From NCBI GenBank assembly GCA_050692055.1, contig JBOGTC010000013.1, positions 2,202 to 66,201 on the forward strand: a stretch of 64,000 nt of DNA, written 5' to 3'. The DNA comes from Candidatus Limnocylindria bacterium (GTDB taxonomy: Bacteria; Chloroflexota; Limnocylindria; QHBO01). The translations under genes were made by a program, and so were the position numbers. The notes below the pieces were generated by a model. The model saw only the letters and a program-made list of their open reading frames with translations. It was not told the DNA's origin and did not search any database. Each line of letters starts with the position of its first letter. Position 1 is the stretch's first letter. Below are positions 1 to 9,000 of this stretch, one piece after another.

Positions 1-582
1 ATCATGCAGGAGCGCGGGATCGAGGGCGGCATGGGAGCCATCGTGGGCCTTTCGGACGAGCAGGTGCACGACATCGTGGAGCAGGCCCGCGAGCACGGCG
101 AGATCAGCGTTGCGAACGCCAACGCTCCGGGGCAGATCGTCCTGTCGGGCGTCATCCCGGCGCTCGTCTTCGCACTCGAGATGAGCAAGACGGTCGGCGC
201 GCGCAAGGCGGCGCGCCTCACGGTGAGCGTCGCGAGCCACTCGCCGCTCATGCGCCGGGCCCGCGACGAGTTCGGCCGCATCCTGGCCCGCGTCCCGTTC
301 CGCGATCCGGCCGTGCCGATGCTCGGCAACGTACACGCCACTGCGATCCACACCGCCGAGGGGCTGCGTGACGAGCTGACCGAGCATCTCGTCCATGGCG
401 TGCAGTGGACGGCGAGCGTGCGCCACATGGTCGCCGGCGGGGTCACCGACTTCGTCGAGGTGGGACCGGGTCGCGTCCTCTCCGGCCTCATCAAGCGCAT
501 CAGCCCGGACGCTCGCACCCACGCCGTCGACGGCGGCGAGGACGCCTTCTGGTTCTTGAGCCCGTCCGAGGAGCCCGCGTGA
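1..582 (+). CDS. fabD: Malonyl CoA-ACP transacylase, C-terminal part (5' end cut by the window edge)
   Basis: Frame continues from base 1. The translation ...ANANAPGQIVLSG...VSVASHSPLM...GVQWTASV...FVEVGPGRVLSGLIKR is typical of the FabD C-terminal half. Its stop overlaps the GTG of the next gene. Confidence 0.85.
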   Translation: MMQERGIEGGMGAIVGLSDEQVHDIVEQAREHGEISVANANAPGQIVLSGVIPALVFALEMSKTVGARKAARLTVSVASHSPLMRRARDEFGRILARVPFRDPAVPMLGNVHATAIHTAEGLRDELTEHLVHGVQWTASVRHMVAGGVTDFVEVGPGRVLSGLIKRISPDARTHAVDGGEDAFWFLSPSEEPA

Positions 583-1865
583 GCGATCGGCGCGTGGTCG
601 TCACCGGCCTGGGCGTCGTCTCCCCGGTCGGCATCGGCGCCGATGCCTCGTGGGACGCTCTCGTCAGCGGTCGATCCGGCATCGCCGACATCACGCTCTT
701 CGACGCGTCGCCGTTCGAGATCCGCGTCGCGGGCGAGGTCAAGGACTTCGACGTCACGCAGTTCATGGACGCCAAGGACGCGCGGCGCCACGATCGGAAC
801 ACGCACTTCGCCGTGGCCGCCTCCGGGGAGGCGCTGCGCCACGCCGGCCTGCTGAACGACGGCGGCCAGGTGAACGGCGACGTGAACCCCGACCGCTTCG
901 GAATGGTGTTCGGGACCGGGATCGGCGGCATCGGCATCCTGCTGGACGGCCAGAAGACACTCGACGAGCGCGGCCCGCGTCGTGTCTCGCCGTTCATGCT
1001 GCCGCACATGCTCCCCGACTCGGCATCGGGCCAGGTCGCCATCCAGTTCGGGCTGCGCGGCCCGAACATGGCCGTCGTGAGCGCCTGCGCCACGGGGGGC
1101 CACGCCATCGGCGAGGCGATGGAGGCAATCGTTCGCGGCCAGGCAGACCTGATGCTCGGCGCCGGGACCGAGGCGCCGCTGGTGCCGCTCGCGTTCGCCG
1201 GCTTCGGCCAGATGCGCGCCCTCGGCACGCCGAGGGACCCCGACACCGGCGAGTACAACCCCGCCATGGCATCGCGGCCGTTCGACGCCACCCGCGACGG
1301 CTTCGTGGTTTCCGAGGGATCGGCGGTCCTCGTGCTGGAGGAGCTGGAGCATGCGCTTGCCCGTGGAGCACGGCCGATCGCCGAGGTCATCGGCTACGGA
1401 TCATCCGCCGATGCGTTCGATATGGCGGCACCGGCCGAGCGGGGCGAGGGCAACCAGCGCGCCATGCGCGCCGCCCTGACGCGCGCCGGCATCGGTCCTG
1501 AGCAGGTCGACTACATCAACGCCCACGGCACGAGCACGCCCCTGAATGACCGATACGAGACGATGGCCATCCGTGACGTCTTCGGCGACCAGGCCGAGCG
1601 CCTGGCAGTGAGCAGCACGAAGTCGATGATCGGGCACGCCATGGGCGCGGCAGGAGCGATCGAGGCCTTCGTGTGTGCCAAGGTCGTCGAGACCGGCTGC
1701 ATCCCGCCCACCATCAACTATCGGCATCCCGACCCCGAACTGACGCTCGACTACGTGCCGAACGAGGCGCGCAGCGCCGACGTGCGGGTGGCGCTGAGCA
1801 ACTCGATGGGCCTGGGCGGCCACAACTCGACCGTCCTGGTGCGCCGATACGAGGACAACGCGTGA
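579..1865 (+). CDS. fabF: 3-oxoacyl-ACP synthase II (KAS II)
   Basis: GTG at 579 overlaps the fabD stop (GTGA). Starts VSDRRVVVTGLGVVSPVG. Active-site Cys in VVSACATGGHAIG, plus HGTSTPLND and IGHAMGAAG His motifs and a C-terminal NSMGLGGHN. Confidence 0.9.
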   Translation: MSDRRVVVTGLGVVSPVGIGADASWDALVSGRSGIADITLFDASPFEIRVAGEVKDFDVTQFMDAKDARRHDRNTHFAVAASGEALRHAGLLNDGGQVNGDVNPDRFGMVFGTGIGGIGILLDGQKTLDERGPRRVSPFMLPHMLPDSASGQVAIQFGLRGPNMAVVSACATGGHAIGEAMEAIVRGQADLMLGAGTEAPLVPLAFAGFGQMRALGTPRDPDTGEYNPAMASRPFDATRDGFVVSEGSAVLVLEELEHALARGARPIAEVIGYGSSADAFDMAAPAERGEGNQRAMRAALTRAGIGPEQVDYINAHGTSTPLNDRYETMAIRDVFGDQAERLAVSSTKSMIGHAMGAAGAIEAFVCAKVVETGCIPPTINYRHPDPELTLDYVPNEARSADVRVALSNSMGLGGHNSTVLVRRYEDNA

Positions 1866-3130
1866 CACGCCCGCCACCGGCGCGGGATCCGGCGCGTCGC
1901 GCCGTCGTCACCGGGCTCGGCGCGGTCACGCCCATCGGCAACGACGCCGACACCTTCTGGCGCAACCTGACCGCCGGCGTCAGCGGCATCGACCGGATCC
2001 GCTCCTTCGACCCCGAGGGCCTCGAGGTGCAGATCGCTGCCGAGGTCAAGGACTTCGACCCGCGGGCCTACATCGACTTCAAGGCCGCGCGACGCATGGC
2101 GCGCTTCAGCCACCTGGCGGTCGCTGCCGCGTCGCAGGCGATCGAGTCATCCGGCCTCGAGATCGGCGATGGGAACCGTGACGACATCGCGGTCGTGGTC
2201 AATACCGGCGGCGGAGGCATGGAGGAGGTTGCGGTCGAGCAGACGACGTTCGACCAGCGCGGGGGGTCGCGGGTCAGCCCCTTCATGGTGCCGATGATGT
2301 CGCCCTCGATGGGCGCCTGCCAGGTCAGCATGAAGTACGGCACCCGCGGCCCGGTGATCACCTCGGTCGCCGCCTGCGCATCCGGCGTGCAGGCGTTCGT
2401 GGAGGCCCAACGACTCATCGAGCACGGCGACGTCGACGTGGCGATCACCGGCGGCAGCGAGAGCGCCATCATGCCGCTCTCGTTCGCGACCCTGGCGAAT
2501 ATGGGCGCCCTGTCGAAGCGCAACGGCGATCCCGCCGCTGCCTCTCGCCCCTTCGACGCGGAGCGCGACGGCTTCGTGTTCGGCGAGGCCGGCGGCATCG
2601 TGGTCATCGAGGCCGCGGAGCACGCCGAGGCGCGCGGCGCCACGATCCTGGCCGAGGTGGCCGGGGGAGCCCTGACCGGCGACGCCTTCCACATCAGCGC
2701 TCCGGAGCCGTCCGGCTACGGCGCCAGCCTCGCGATGCAGCGCGCCGTCCGCGACGCTCATCTCGAGCTGGAGCAGGTCGACTATGTCGTGGCCCACGGG
2801 ACGAGCACCCCGCTGAACGACGCCACCGAGACGAAGGCCATCCGCGCCGCGTTCGGCGCCCATGCCGACCGGCTGGCGATCAGCAGCAACAAGAGCATGA
2901 TCGGCCACACGCTGGGAGCAGCGGGAGCCATGAGCGCGCTGGCTGCGGTCCTCGCCATCCGCGACGGCGTCATCCCGCCCACCATCAACCAGGAGCACTC
3001 CGATCCCGCCTGTGACCTGGACTACGTGCCCAACGAGGCGCGGCACGCCACGCTGAACGTGGCAATCGTCAACGGCTTCGGGTTCGGCGGTCAGAACGCC
3101 GTCGCGGTCTTCTCGCGCTACGCGGGCTGA
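1862..3130 (+). CDS. Second KAS II-type 3-oxoacyl-ACP synthase, tandem paralog
   Basis: GTG at 1862 overlaps the upstream stop (GTGA). Has RRAVVTGLGAVTPIGN, the catalytic triad context VAACASGVQAF / HGTSTPLND / IGHTLGAAG, and a C-terminal NGFGFGGQN. Confidence 0.85.
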   Translation: MTRPPPARDPARRAVVTGLGAVTPIGNDADTFWRNLTAGVSGIDRIRSFDPEGLEVQIAAEVKDFDPRAYIDFKAARRMARFSHLAVAAASQAIESSGLEIGDGNRDDIAVVVNTGGGGMEEVAVEQTTFDQRGGSRVSPFMVPMMSPSMGACQVSMKYGTRGPVITSVAACASGVQAFVEAQRLIEHGDVDVAITGGSESAIMPLSFATLANMGALSKRNGDPAAASRPFDAERDGFVFGEAGGIVVIEAAEHAEARGATILAEVAGGALTGDAFHISAPEPSGYGASLAMQRAVRDAHLELEQVDYVVAHGTSTPLNDATETKAIRAAFGAHADRLAISSNKSMIGHTLGAAGAMSALAAVLAIRDGVIPPTINQEHSDPACDLDYVPNEARHATLNVAIVNGFGFGGQNAVAVFSRYAG

Positions 3131-3269
3131 AGGAGGCCGGCCGGCGGGGCCGCGACAGGGCGGACGCCGGCGGTACCGGGTCCCCATGGCCCATCGGTCC
3201 ACTCCGCGAGGGCGACCGCGAACCCTAGCATGCGCTCGTGGTTCGCGACGCTCGTGCCCGCGCCCGGCC

Positions 3270-3749
3270 ATGACCGAGGTGAACGGGCTCCACCTGGCCT
3301 ACCGCGGCTTCATCGCCGGGCTGGTCGGCGGCTACGTGTGGGTGGCGATCGCGATGCTGCTGGCCTGGCCGTTCGGTCATCCGCTCGATCCGCTGCAGCT
3401 GCTGGCGTCCATCGGCCCGGAGGGCATGAGCGCCTCGCCCCAGGAGGCTTTCGTGCTGGGGCTCGGGCTGGTGCAGGGGGCCTGCGGCGCCATCGGCATT
3501 GGGTTCGCGTACTTCTTCGCGCGCTTCTTCACGGTTCGCGCCACGCTGGCGATCGCCGGACCCTGCGTCGCCCTCCTGTCCTGGGCAGTGCTGAGCGAGC
3601 GGCTGGCCGCCGCCATCGGTCTTGCGGGCTGGCAGGTCGGAGCTCCGCTGGCGCTCCTCGTGGCGACGATCTGCTACGGGCTGGTCCTTGGCTCGGCGGT
3701 CCCGCTGCGCGGCCAGGTCATGCGCTCCACGGCCGCGCCCGCCGGCTGA
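3270..3749 (+). CDS. Hypothetical multi-pass membrane protein
   Basis: ATG at 3270. Hydrophobic segments (GLVGGYVWVAIAMLLAWPF, FVLGLGLVQGACGAIGIGFAYFF, LAIAGPCVALLSWAVL, LALLVATICYGLVLG). No recognisable family, and the start is uncertain. Confidence 0.45.
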   Translation: MTEVNGLHLAYRGFIAGLVGGYVWVAIAMLLAWPFGHPLDPLQLLASIGPEGMSASPQEAFVLGLGLVQGACGAIGIGFAYFFARFFTVRATLAIAGPCVALLSWAVLSERLAAAIGLAGWQVGAPLALLVATICYGLVLGSAVPLRGQVMRSTAAPAG

Positions 3750-5043
3750 CAGACACGGCCAACGACCGGAGCGCGACCACCACCGCGCCGAGCACGACCA
3801 ACGTCGCGCCCACCAACGGCCACGGCGACCCGCGATCGGGCGCCATGGCCGCGTCAGGGAAGCGCTGCGGGAACTGGTCGGAGATCGCCGCCGCCAGGCT
3901 GGCGCTCAGCTCGGCCGTGTGCACGTAGGCGTCGCGCGCGATCTCGAATGCGAGCTCGTAGTCGCCAGCCGCATAGGCGTCGGCCTGCGTGATGAGATGG
4001 TCGGTGTGGGTGGCGATCAGTGCCTCGAGCACCTCGGCCGGCACGAACGGGTTGGCATCGGCCACGAAGGCGCTGAAGTCCGTCTGGTACTCGCCGAGGT
4101 CCTCCACCGCGCCCTCGGAGACGGCGTCGTCATCGGTCGCAAGACCTGTGACGTACGCGAAGTACGAGTCGACATGGCTCTCCCACAGCGCCCCGAACGC
4201 CTCGCCCGCCTCGGCGCCGTAGACCTCCGCGATCGTGTCCTGCAGCTCGGCCGAGTTCTCGGCGAGCGCATTCGCGGCACTCTCCGCGTCGGGCGCATCG
4301 GTGAGCGCAGCACGCATGGCGAGCGCCGCGAGATAGGTGTGCTCGCCGAAGAGCCTGTCCAGCGTGATGCGCAGGTCGGTGGCGGGGCTGAACGCCGCCT
4401 CCTGGCCCTCGAACCGCTCCGGGAATAGGCTGACGATGCCCACCGCCAGCCCGTCTCCGACGGTGAACATGTGCCGATACGTGTCGCGGATGGCGGGGTA
4501 TGCGTCGCCGAACGCCGACAGCTCGAACTCGGATACGTGCTCGAGCTGCTGGACGTGCTCCTCGATGAGCCCCTCCACCGCCTCCTGGGGCAGGGCCGGG
4601 ATGGCCTCCGCCAGGAAGCCGCTGAAGTCCGCGACGTAGCGGTCGAGCTGTTCGGACGCGAGCTGCGCGGCATCGGCATCGCCGTCGACCAGCGCGCGAG
4701 CGTAGTCCACCAGGAAGCCGATGTGATTCCGCCAATGCTCGCCGAACGCCTCGGCCGCCTCGGCCCCGTAGACGCTCTCGATGGCCGCCACGATCTCGGT
4801 CGTGTTGTCCTCGAGCACGGCTGCGGCCGCGGTGAAGTCGGGATTGCCCGCGATGCCGCTGCGAACCACCTCCAGCGACAGGAACGCATGCTCGGCCAGC
4901 AGTCGGTCGAGGCTGACGCGGAGCGCGGTCGCCGGAGCATCGGGCGGGGTCTCATCCTGGGCGATCGCGGGGCCGGCGAGCAGCCCGACCAGCGAGACGG
5001 AGAGCAGCAGAGTCGGCAGCGGGTGGCGGGGGCGAAGGCTCAT
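3718..5043 (-). CDS. Secreted protein with an internally duplicated ~190-aa helical domain and a C-terminal TM anchor
   Basis: ATG at 5043 gives the signal-like N-terminus MSLRPRHPLPTLLLSVSLVGLLAGPAIAQD. Two homologous halves (LDRLLAEHAFL...VSLFPERF and LDRLFGEHTYL...ISDQFPQRF). C-terminal hydrophobic WPLVGATLVVLGAVVVAL followed by basic residues. Confidence 0.6.
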   Translation of the reverse strand: MSLRPRHPLPTLLLSVSLVGLLAGPAIAQDETPPDAPATALRVSLDRLLAEHAFLSLEVVRSGIAGNPDFTAAAAVLEDNTTEIVAAIESVYGAEAAEAFGEHWRNHIGFLVDYARALVDGDADAAQLASEQLDRYVADFSGFLAEAIPALPQEAVEGLIEEHVQQLEHVSEFELSAFGDAYPAIRDTYRHMFTVGDGLAVGIVSLFPERFEGQEAAFSPATDLRITLDRLFGEHTYLAALAMRAALTDAPDAESAANALAENSAELQDTIAEVYGAEAGEAFGALWESHVDSYFAYVTGLATDDDAVSEGAVEDLGEYQTDFSAFVADANPFVPAEVLEALIATHTDHLITQADAYAAGDYELAFEIARDAYVHTAELSASLAAAISDQFPQRFPDAAMAPDRGSPWPLVGATLVVLGAVVVALRSLAVSVSRRARPWSA

Positions 5044-5083
5044 GGGTTCATCTCCGGTGGTTCGAGCGGTGAGCACGGGCGAC

Positions 5084-6787
5084 TCATTGTCCGACCCGCA
5101 GGTTGTCAACGAACAGGTGCGTATCGAGCGCCGCCTGGGAGGCCCGCACGCAGACCTCGTCCCGGGAGTCGAAGGCGGCCGCATCGTCGGCGGCGAGGGT
5201 CGTGGCCAGGGCCTGGGCGCCGCTGTCGCGTCCGTTGACCTCGAGCTGCGCCGATCGCTCCCCGTCCCAGGCGAGGTCGAGCCGATACCAGGCATCCGGC
5301 GTCAGATCACCGAGCTGGGCGAGCCCGCGGCTGAAGCCGATGGGCGCGGCGCCGACGGTCGCGAAGCTGACGCCGAGCGCGCCGTTCGGATCGAGCTCGC
5401 CGATGCGCAGGTCGAATGACATCGACGCACCGCCCTCGGCAAGCTCGGACGCATCCAGGCACAGGCCGGAGTCGGCGCCCTCCAGGCGCAACGACCGGTC
5501 GAACGGCGACGGCAACGGGACAACCTCGGGGGCGCCGATGACGCGTGTGACGGACTCGGTGTTCGCCTCCAGCACGCCGATGGGATGCAGGTCGAAGGCG
5601 ACGCTCCCGTCGACGGCCGGAGCCGCCGCGGTGGCAGGCGGCGTTCCGTCGTCAGTCGGGCGAGGCCCGCCGGTGTTCGTCCCGTCGCCGATCACGCCGG
5701 CGGGCGTGGCGAGGCCGTCCCTGTCAGAGGTCGGGCCGAATCCACCGAACGGGCGAATCGCGCCGGCCACGACGCCCACCGCCACCAGCAGCAGCCCACC
5801 CACCAGCAGCCCGGCGACGAGGTGGCGACGGCGGGGCGCCGGAGCCGGTGCCGGCTCCGATGAAGTGACGACTGCTGCGGGCCGTGGCTCAGCCTCGGGC
5901 TTTGGCTCGGGTTCCGATGGCGCCTCGCGCGCCGGAGCCGGTGTCGCGACCGCCACCACCTCCACCTGCGCCGGAGCCGGTGCGGTCGTGACCGCGGCGG
6001 GCGCAGCATCGGTACCTGGCGCGGCCTGCCCAGCTCCATCCGTCGGCGGCTCCGCAGCCGAGTCGCGGGATCGCGTCTCCTCCGCCAGGTCCGGCGGCGG
6101 CTCCGCAACAGCGGGCACGGGCGGCCGCGCCGCCTCGCGGTCGGGGCCGGGAGGCATGATGGGGATGGCGGCGATCGCAGCCGGCGCGAGCGGCTTCTCG
6201 ACTTCTGCACGTGGGCTGCGCCTCGCGATCTGGCGGCCCACGTTGACGAGCCGCCGCGCCACCGAACGCCAGCGGGCCTCGTAGCTGGTGAGGAGCGGGC
6301 GCATCTCGGCCCTCAGCTCGCGAGCCGGCTCCTCGGCCGCCGGCCAGACATGCTCCAGCCGGCTGGCCGCCGCGTCACGACAGCTCTCCACGCGGGACAT
6401 GAGCGCGCCGGCCGCCAGCCACGCGTCCTCCCACGCGTTGAGCGCCTCCTCGCGATCGCCTGCGGCCTCGATCCCCTCCTCGAGCTCTGCGAGCGCGGCG
6501 ATGGCCGCATCCAGCTCGCGGATGGCGCTCCGCGCCGCGTTCAGGTCCGGCGCCGGCGGCTCGGGCGTGTCAACCAATGGCCTCGACGCGGCGCATCGCA
6601 CGCAGGCCACGGCAACGGCATCCCAGCAGCAGCTGCGGCCGACGAACATGCCGCAGCCGGCGCACCATCGGAACACATTTTCGATACGTCGAAATTGGAG
6701 GTCACCTGATCCCGGCTCGGGGATAAGCAGGTCGTAGTGACGGGCACACTGCTCGCAGGATCCGGTGACCGGCCGCTCATCGAGCAC
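5084..6787 (-). CDS. Single-pass membrane protein: N-terminal Cys-rich zinc-ribbon-like region, helical region, Pro/Ala-rich linker, TM segment, extracytoplasmic LamG/concanavalin-like domain
   Basis: GTG start at 6787. Cys clusters CEQCARHY...CAGCGMFVGRSCCWDAVAVACVRCA. Low-complexity PAPA/EPEP stretch. TM LVAGLLVGGLLLVAVGVVAGAI. The C-terminal ~190 aa ends ...THLFVDNLRVGQ, resembling the C-terminus of the 20117-22129 protein (...QMLFDNVRIQ). Confidence 0.6.
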   Translation of the reverse strand: MLDERPVTGSCEQCARHYDLLIPEPGSGDLQFRRIENVFRWCAGCGMFVGRSCCWDAVAVACVRCAASRPLVDTPEPPAPDLNAARSAIRELDAAIAALAELEEGIEAAGDREEALNAWEDAWLAAGALMSRVESCRDAAASRLEHVWPAAEEPARELRAEMRPLLTSYEARWRSVARRLVNVGRQIARRSPRAEVEKPLAPAAIAAIPIMPPGPDREAARPPVPAVAEPPPDLAEETRSRDSAAEPPTDGAGQAAPGTDAAPAAVTTAPAPAQVEVVAVATPAPAREAPSEPEPKPEAEPRPAAVVTSSEPAPAPAPRRRHLVAGLLVGGLLLVAVGVVAGAIRPFGGFGPTSDRDGLATPAGVIGDGTNTGGPRPTDDGTPPATAAAPAVDGSVAFDLHPIGVLEANTESVTRVIGAPEVVPLPSPFDRSLRLEGADSGLCLDASELAEGGASMSFDLRIGELDPNGALGVSFATVGAAPIGFSRGLAQLGDLTPDAWYRLDLAWDGERSAQLEVNGRDSGAQALATTLAADDAAAFDSRDEVCVRASQAALDTHLFVDNLRVGQ

Positions 6788-6859
6788 GGATCAGGCCACC
6801 TGCGTCCAGGCCGCCTAGCGTAGTCCTCCCGCTGGAGTTCGTCACGCGGGCGCGTCTGA

Positions 6860-6899
6860 GTCAAGGTAAGTCGTGGTGCGTAGTCGCACCACCCTTGAC
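6860..6899 (-). terminator. Candidate stem-loop between the NUDIX gene stop and the next gene
   Basis: Nested inverted repeats gtcaagg...ccttgac (7 bp) and gtggtgcg-tagt-cgcaccac (8 bp stem, 4 nt loop). No clear U-tract on the minus strand. Confidence 0.3.
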
Positions 6900-6922
6900 C
6901 GACCGCCCGTCCCCGCGCTGCC

Positions 6923-7543
6923 TCAGCCCGTCGCCCCCGGGGGGCGATCCTTCTCGTCCGCATCACCAACGACGTACAGCTCAGGCTCGAAACGCGGGCC
7001 GCGGCCGGGCAGCGACGCAACCCAATCGCGCAGCGCGGACTCCACGGTCGAGAAGGCGAGCTCGCCCCACGGGATCTCATCAGGCCCGAAGGCGCGCACC
7101 TCGCTCGTCTCCGCCCCCGGCAGCGCCTCGCCGCCGACCACGGTCGCCTCGTACACCAGGGTCACGGAGGCGACGTGCGGCCGCGAGTAGGCGCCGAGCA
7201 GCCGACCGATCTCGACGAGCAGCCGGGTCTCCTCCTCGGTCTCGCGACGGGCACCTTCCTGGGCCGACTCCCCGACCTCCAGGTATCCACCTGGATACGT
7301 CCAGCGCCCGGCCCCCGGCTCGATCGTCCGGCGTGCCAGGTGGACGCGACCTTCGAGCAGCGGCAGCGTGCCAACCACGATGCGTGGATTCCGCCATGTG
7401 ACATGGCCTTCCGGGCACACCAGCCGCGGCCGGTGATCCTCCTCGAGCACGCGCGGCTCCACGGGCCGGCCGCAGGCCGGGCAGAAGCTCGGCTCCTCGC
7501 CCAGGGTGAGCGGGAAGGCGTCGGAGGCGTCTCGGTGTGGCAT
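6923..7543 (-). CDS. NUDIX hydrolase with an N-terminal zinc-ribbon
   Basis: ATG at 7543. CPACG...CPEGH ribbon. Nudix box GGYLEVGESAQEGARRETEEETRL (GX5EX7REUXEEXGU pattern). Confidence 0.8.
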   Translation of the reverse strand: MPHRDASDAFPLTLGEEPSFCPACGRPVEPRVLEEDHRPRLVCPEGHVTWRNPRIVVGTLPLLEGRVHLARRTIEPGAGRWTYPGGYLEVGESAQEGARRETEEETRLLVEIGRLLGAYSRPHVASVTLVYEATVVGGEALPGAETSEVRAFGPDEIPWGELAFSTVESALRDWVASLPGRGPRFEPELYVVGDADEKDRPPGATG

Positions 7544-7581
7544 CGGTCCATGGTAGAGGTCGCCGCTCGCCCGACGCGGAG

Positions 7582-8742
7582 CTACGAAGTCCGGCCACCG
7601 GCCTCGAGCTCGCCAAGGAGGCGCCCCGCCTCCCGACGGAAGAACGCGTCCATGAGCCGCAGTTGTACGCCCTTCTGGATCCGCTTCCGCTTGAGCGCCT
7701 GGCCACTGCGTGCCTTTAGCCAAGCCCACCGCTCGAGCACGACCAGCATCTCGTAGAGCTGCACGCTGCGCAGCGGCGTGGCGCCTGTCGCAAAGTAGCC
7801 CTCGAGGAAGCTCCGCTCGTACTCCTCCAGGCGTTCGCGGCTGTAGGCCATCCCCATGGTCGCCACCTGGGGCCCAACGGAGCGGAGGCCCACGGTGAAG
7901 CGAGCCAGGTCCCGGTAGATCGGCACCCTCCAGCGCGGGAGAGCGTCGAACGCCGTGACCCGATATCCCGCGCCGACGAAGACGTTGCGTGGCAAGAAGT
8001 CGGCGTGTGTCAGGCCCAGCGGCAGCCGCTCCGGAAGGTCGTGGAGCGCATGCCGATCGAGGCGATCCGTCAACCCGCTGAAGAATGATTCATCGTTCGA
8101 GACCGTCGCGAGGTAGCGGGCGTAGAGCGCCATCGTCTCCAGGAGCTCCGCCCTGGTCGCGCCGCGAGTGGCGATCGCCTGCGCCGGCACGAGCTGGTGG
8201 TATTTCCGCAGCCAGGCGCCGGTGTTGCCGAACGCTTGCGCGACGTCGCCCGAGCGACGGATGGCGAGGCGGCTCCCCTTCTGCATCGCCTCCCGGAGCG
8301 TCGGTTCGTCCACGTGCTCCATGATCACGGCGCGCCGCTCCGGCAGGTAATCGAGTGGACGCACGCTGCCGAACCGGGGATCCCCGAGTGATGAAAAGTG
8401 CTCGTGGATCAGCCTCAGGCCCTCGTATCGGAGCTGAGGCAGCTCGGCCTCATCGAGCTCGCTCGACGCGGGGGGGATGGCGCCGAACAGCAGCCTCGCC
8501 GCTTCGTGGGCCGAGGCATGCCGCCGCGGAGGGTCGCTCACCTTCACGATCACGTCGCGCCTCAGCGAGGCCGCGGCCAGGGAGAACCGATACAGACAGG
8601 AGCGCGGTCGCTCGCTTCGGGTGATCAGGTTGACCGTCAGGGGCGCCGAGCCGAGCTCGGGGAAGTACATGCTCCCGTGCTCTCGGATGTGGTGCAGGAA
8701 TGCTGGCCCGTCTGCCTGGGCGATGGCAGGGGTCGATGTCAT
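7582..8742 (-). CDS. Aminoglycoside-phosphotransferase-fold (APH/choline-kinase-like) kinase, unknown substrate
   Basis: ATG at 8742. Catalytic-loop-like LTHADFLPRNVFV followed by TAFDAL (a variant of the HxDxxxxN ... D motif). Confidence 0.65.
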   Translation of the reverse strand: MTSTPAIAQADGPAFLHHIREHGSMYFPELGSAPLTVNLITRSERPRSCLYRFSLAAASLRRDVIVKVSDPPRRHASAHEAARLLFGAIPPASSELDEAELPQLRYEGLRLIHEHFSSLGDPRFGSVRPLDYLPERRAVIMEHVDEPTLREAMQKGSRLAIRRSGDVAQAFGNTGAWLRKYHQLVPAQAIATRGATRAELLETMALYARYLATVSNDESFFSGLTDRLDRHALHDLPERLPLGLTHADFLPRNVFVGAGYRVTAFDALPRWRVPIYRDLARFTVGLRSVGPQVATMGMAYSRERLEEYERSFLEGYFATGATPLRSVQLYEMLVVLERWAWLKARSGQALKRKRIQKGVQLRLMDAFFRREAGRLLGELEAGGRTS

Positions 8743-8866
8743 GGCTGGGCTGCGCGGAAACGCGGCTCGGATCCCCTCCCGCTGCTGCGATCGGCCTGAC
8801 GAGACTATACGCGAGCGGCGCCGGGTGTCCAGCCGCGAGGCCACTGGTCTCGCGAGCCCTGCACGA

Positions 8867-9000
8867 GTTTGCACCCGGAGTAGGCAACTGGAGGAGGAGC
8901 GGTCGATATCGGGCTCTGCCTCCCGGCTTTACGACTCCGGGTGCAAGAAACCACCAAGCAGGAGCCCGAAGTCCTCCAGTTGGCGACTCCGGGTGCAAAC
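8867..9000 (+). promoter_or_regulatory. Long-range 29-nt inverted repeat with a competing third copy in the divergent intergenic region upstream of cysS
   Basis: 8867-8895 gtttgcacccggagtaggcaactggagga versus the reverse complement of 8972-9000 (2 mismatches in 29). A 14-nt direct copy, gactccgggtgcaa, lies at about 8934-8947 and could pair with the same 5' arm. Confidence 0.4.
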
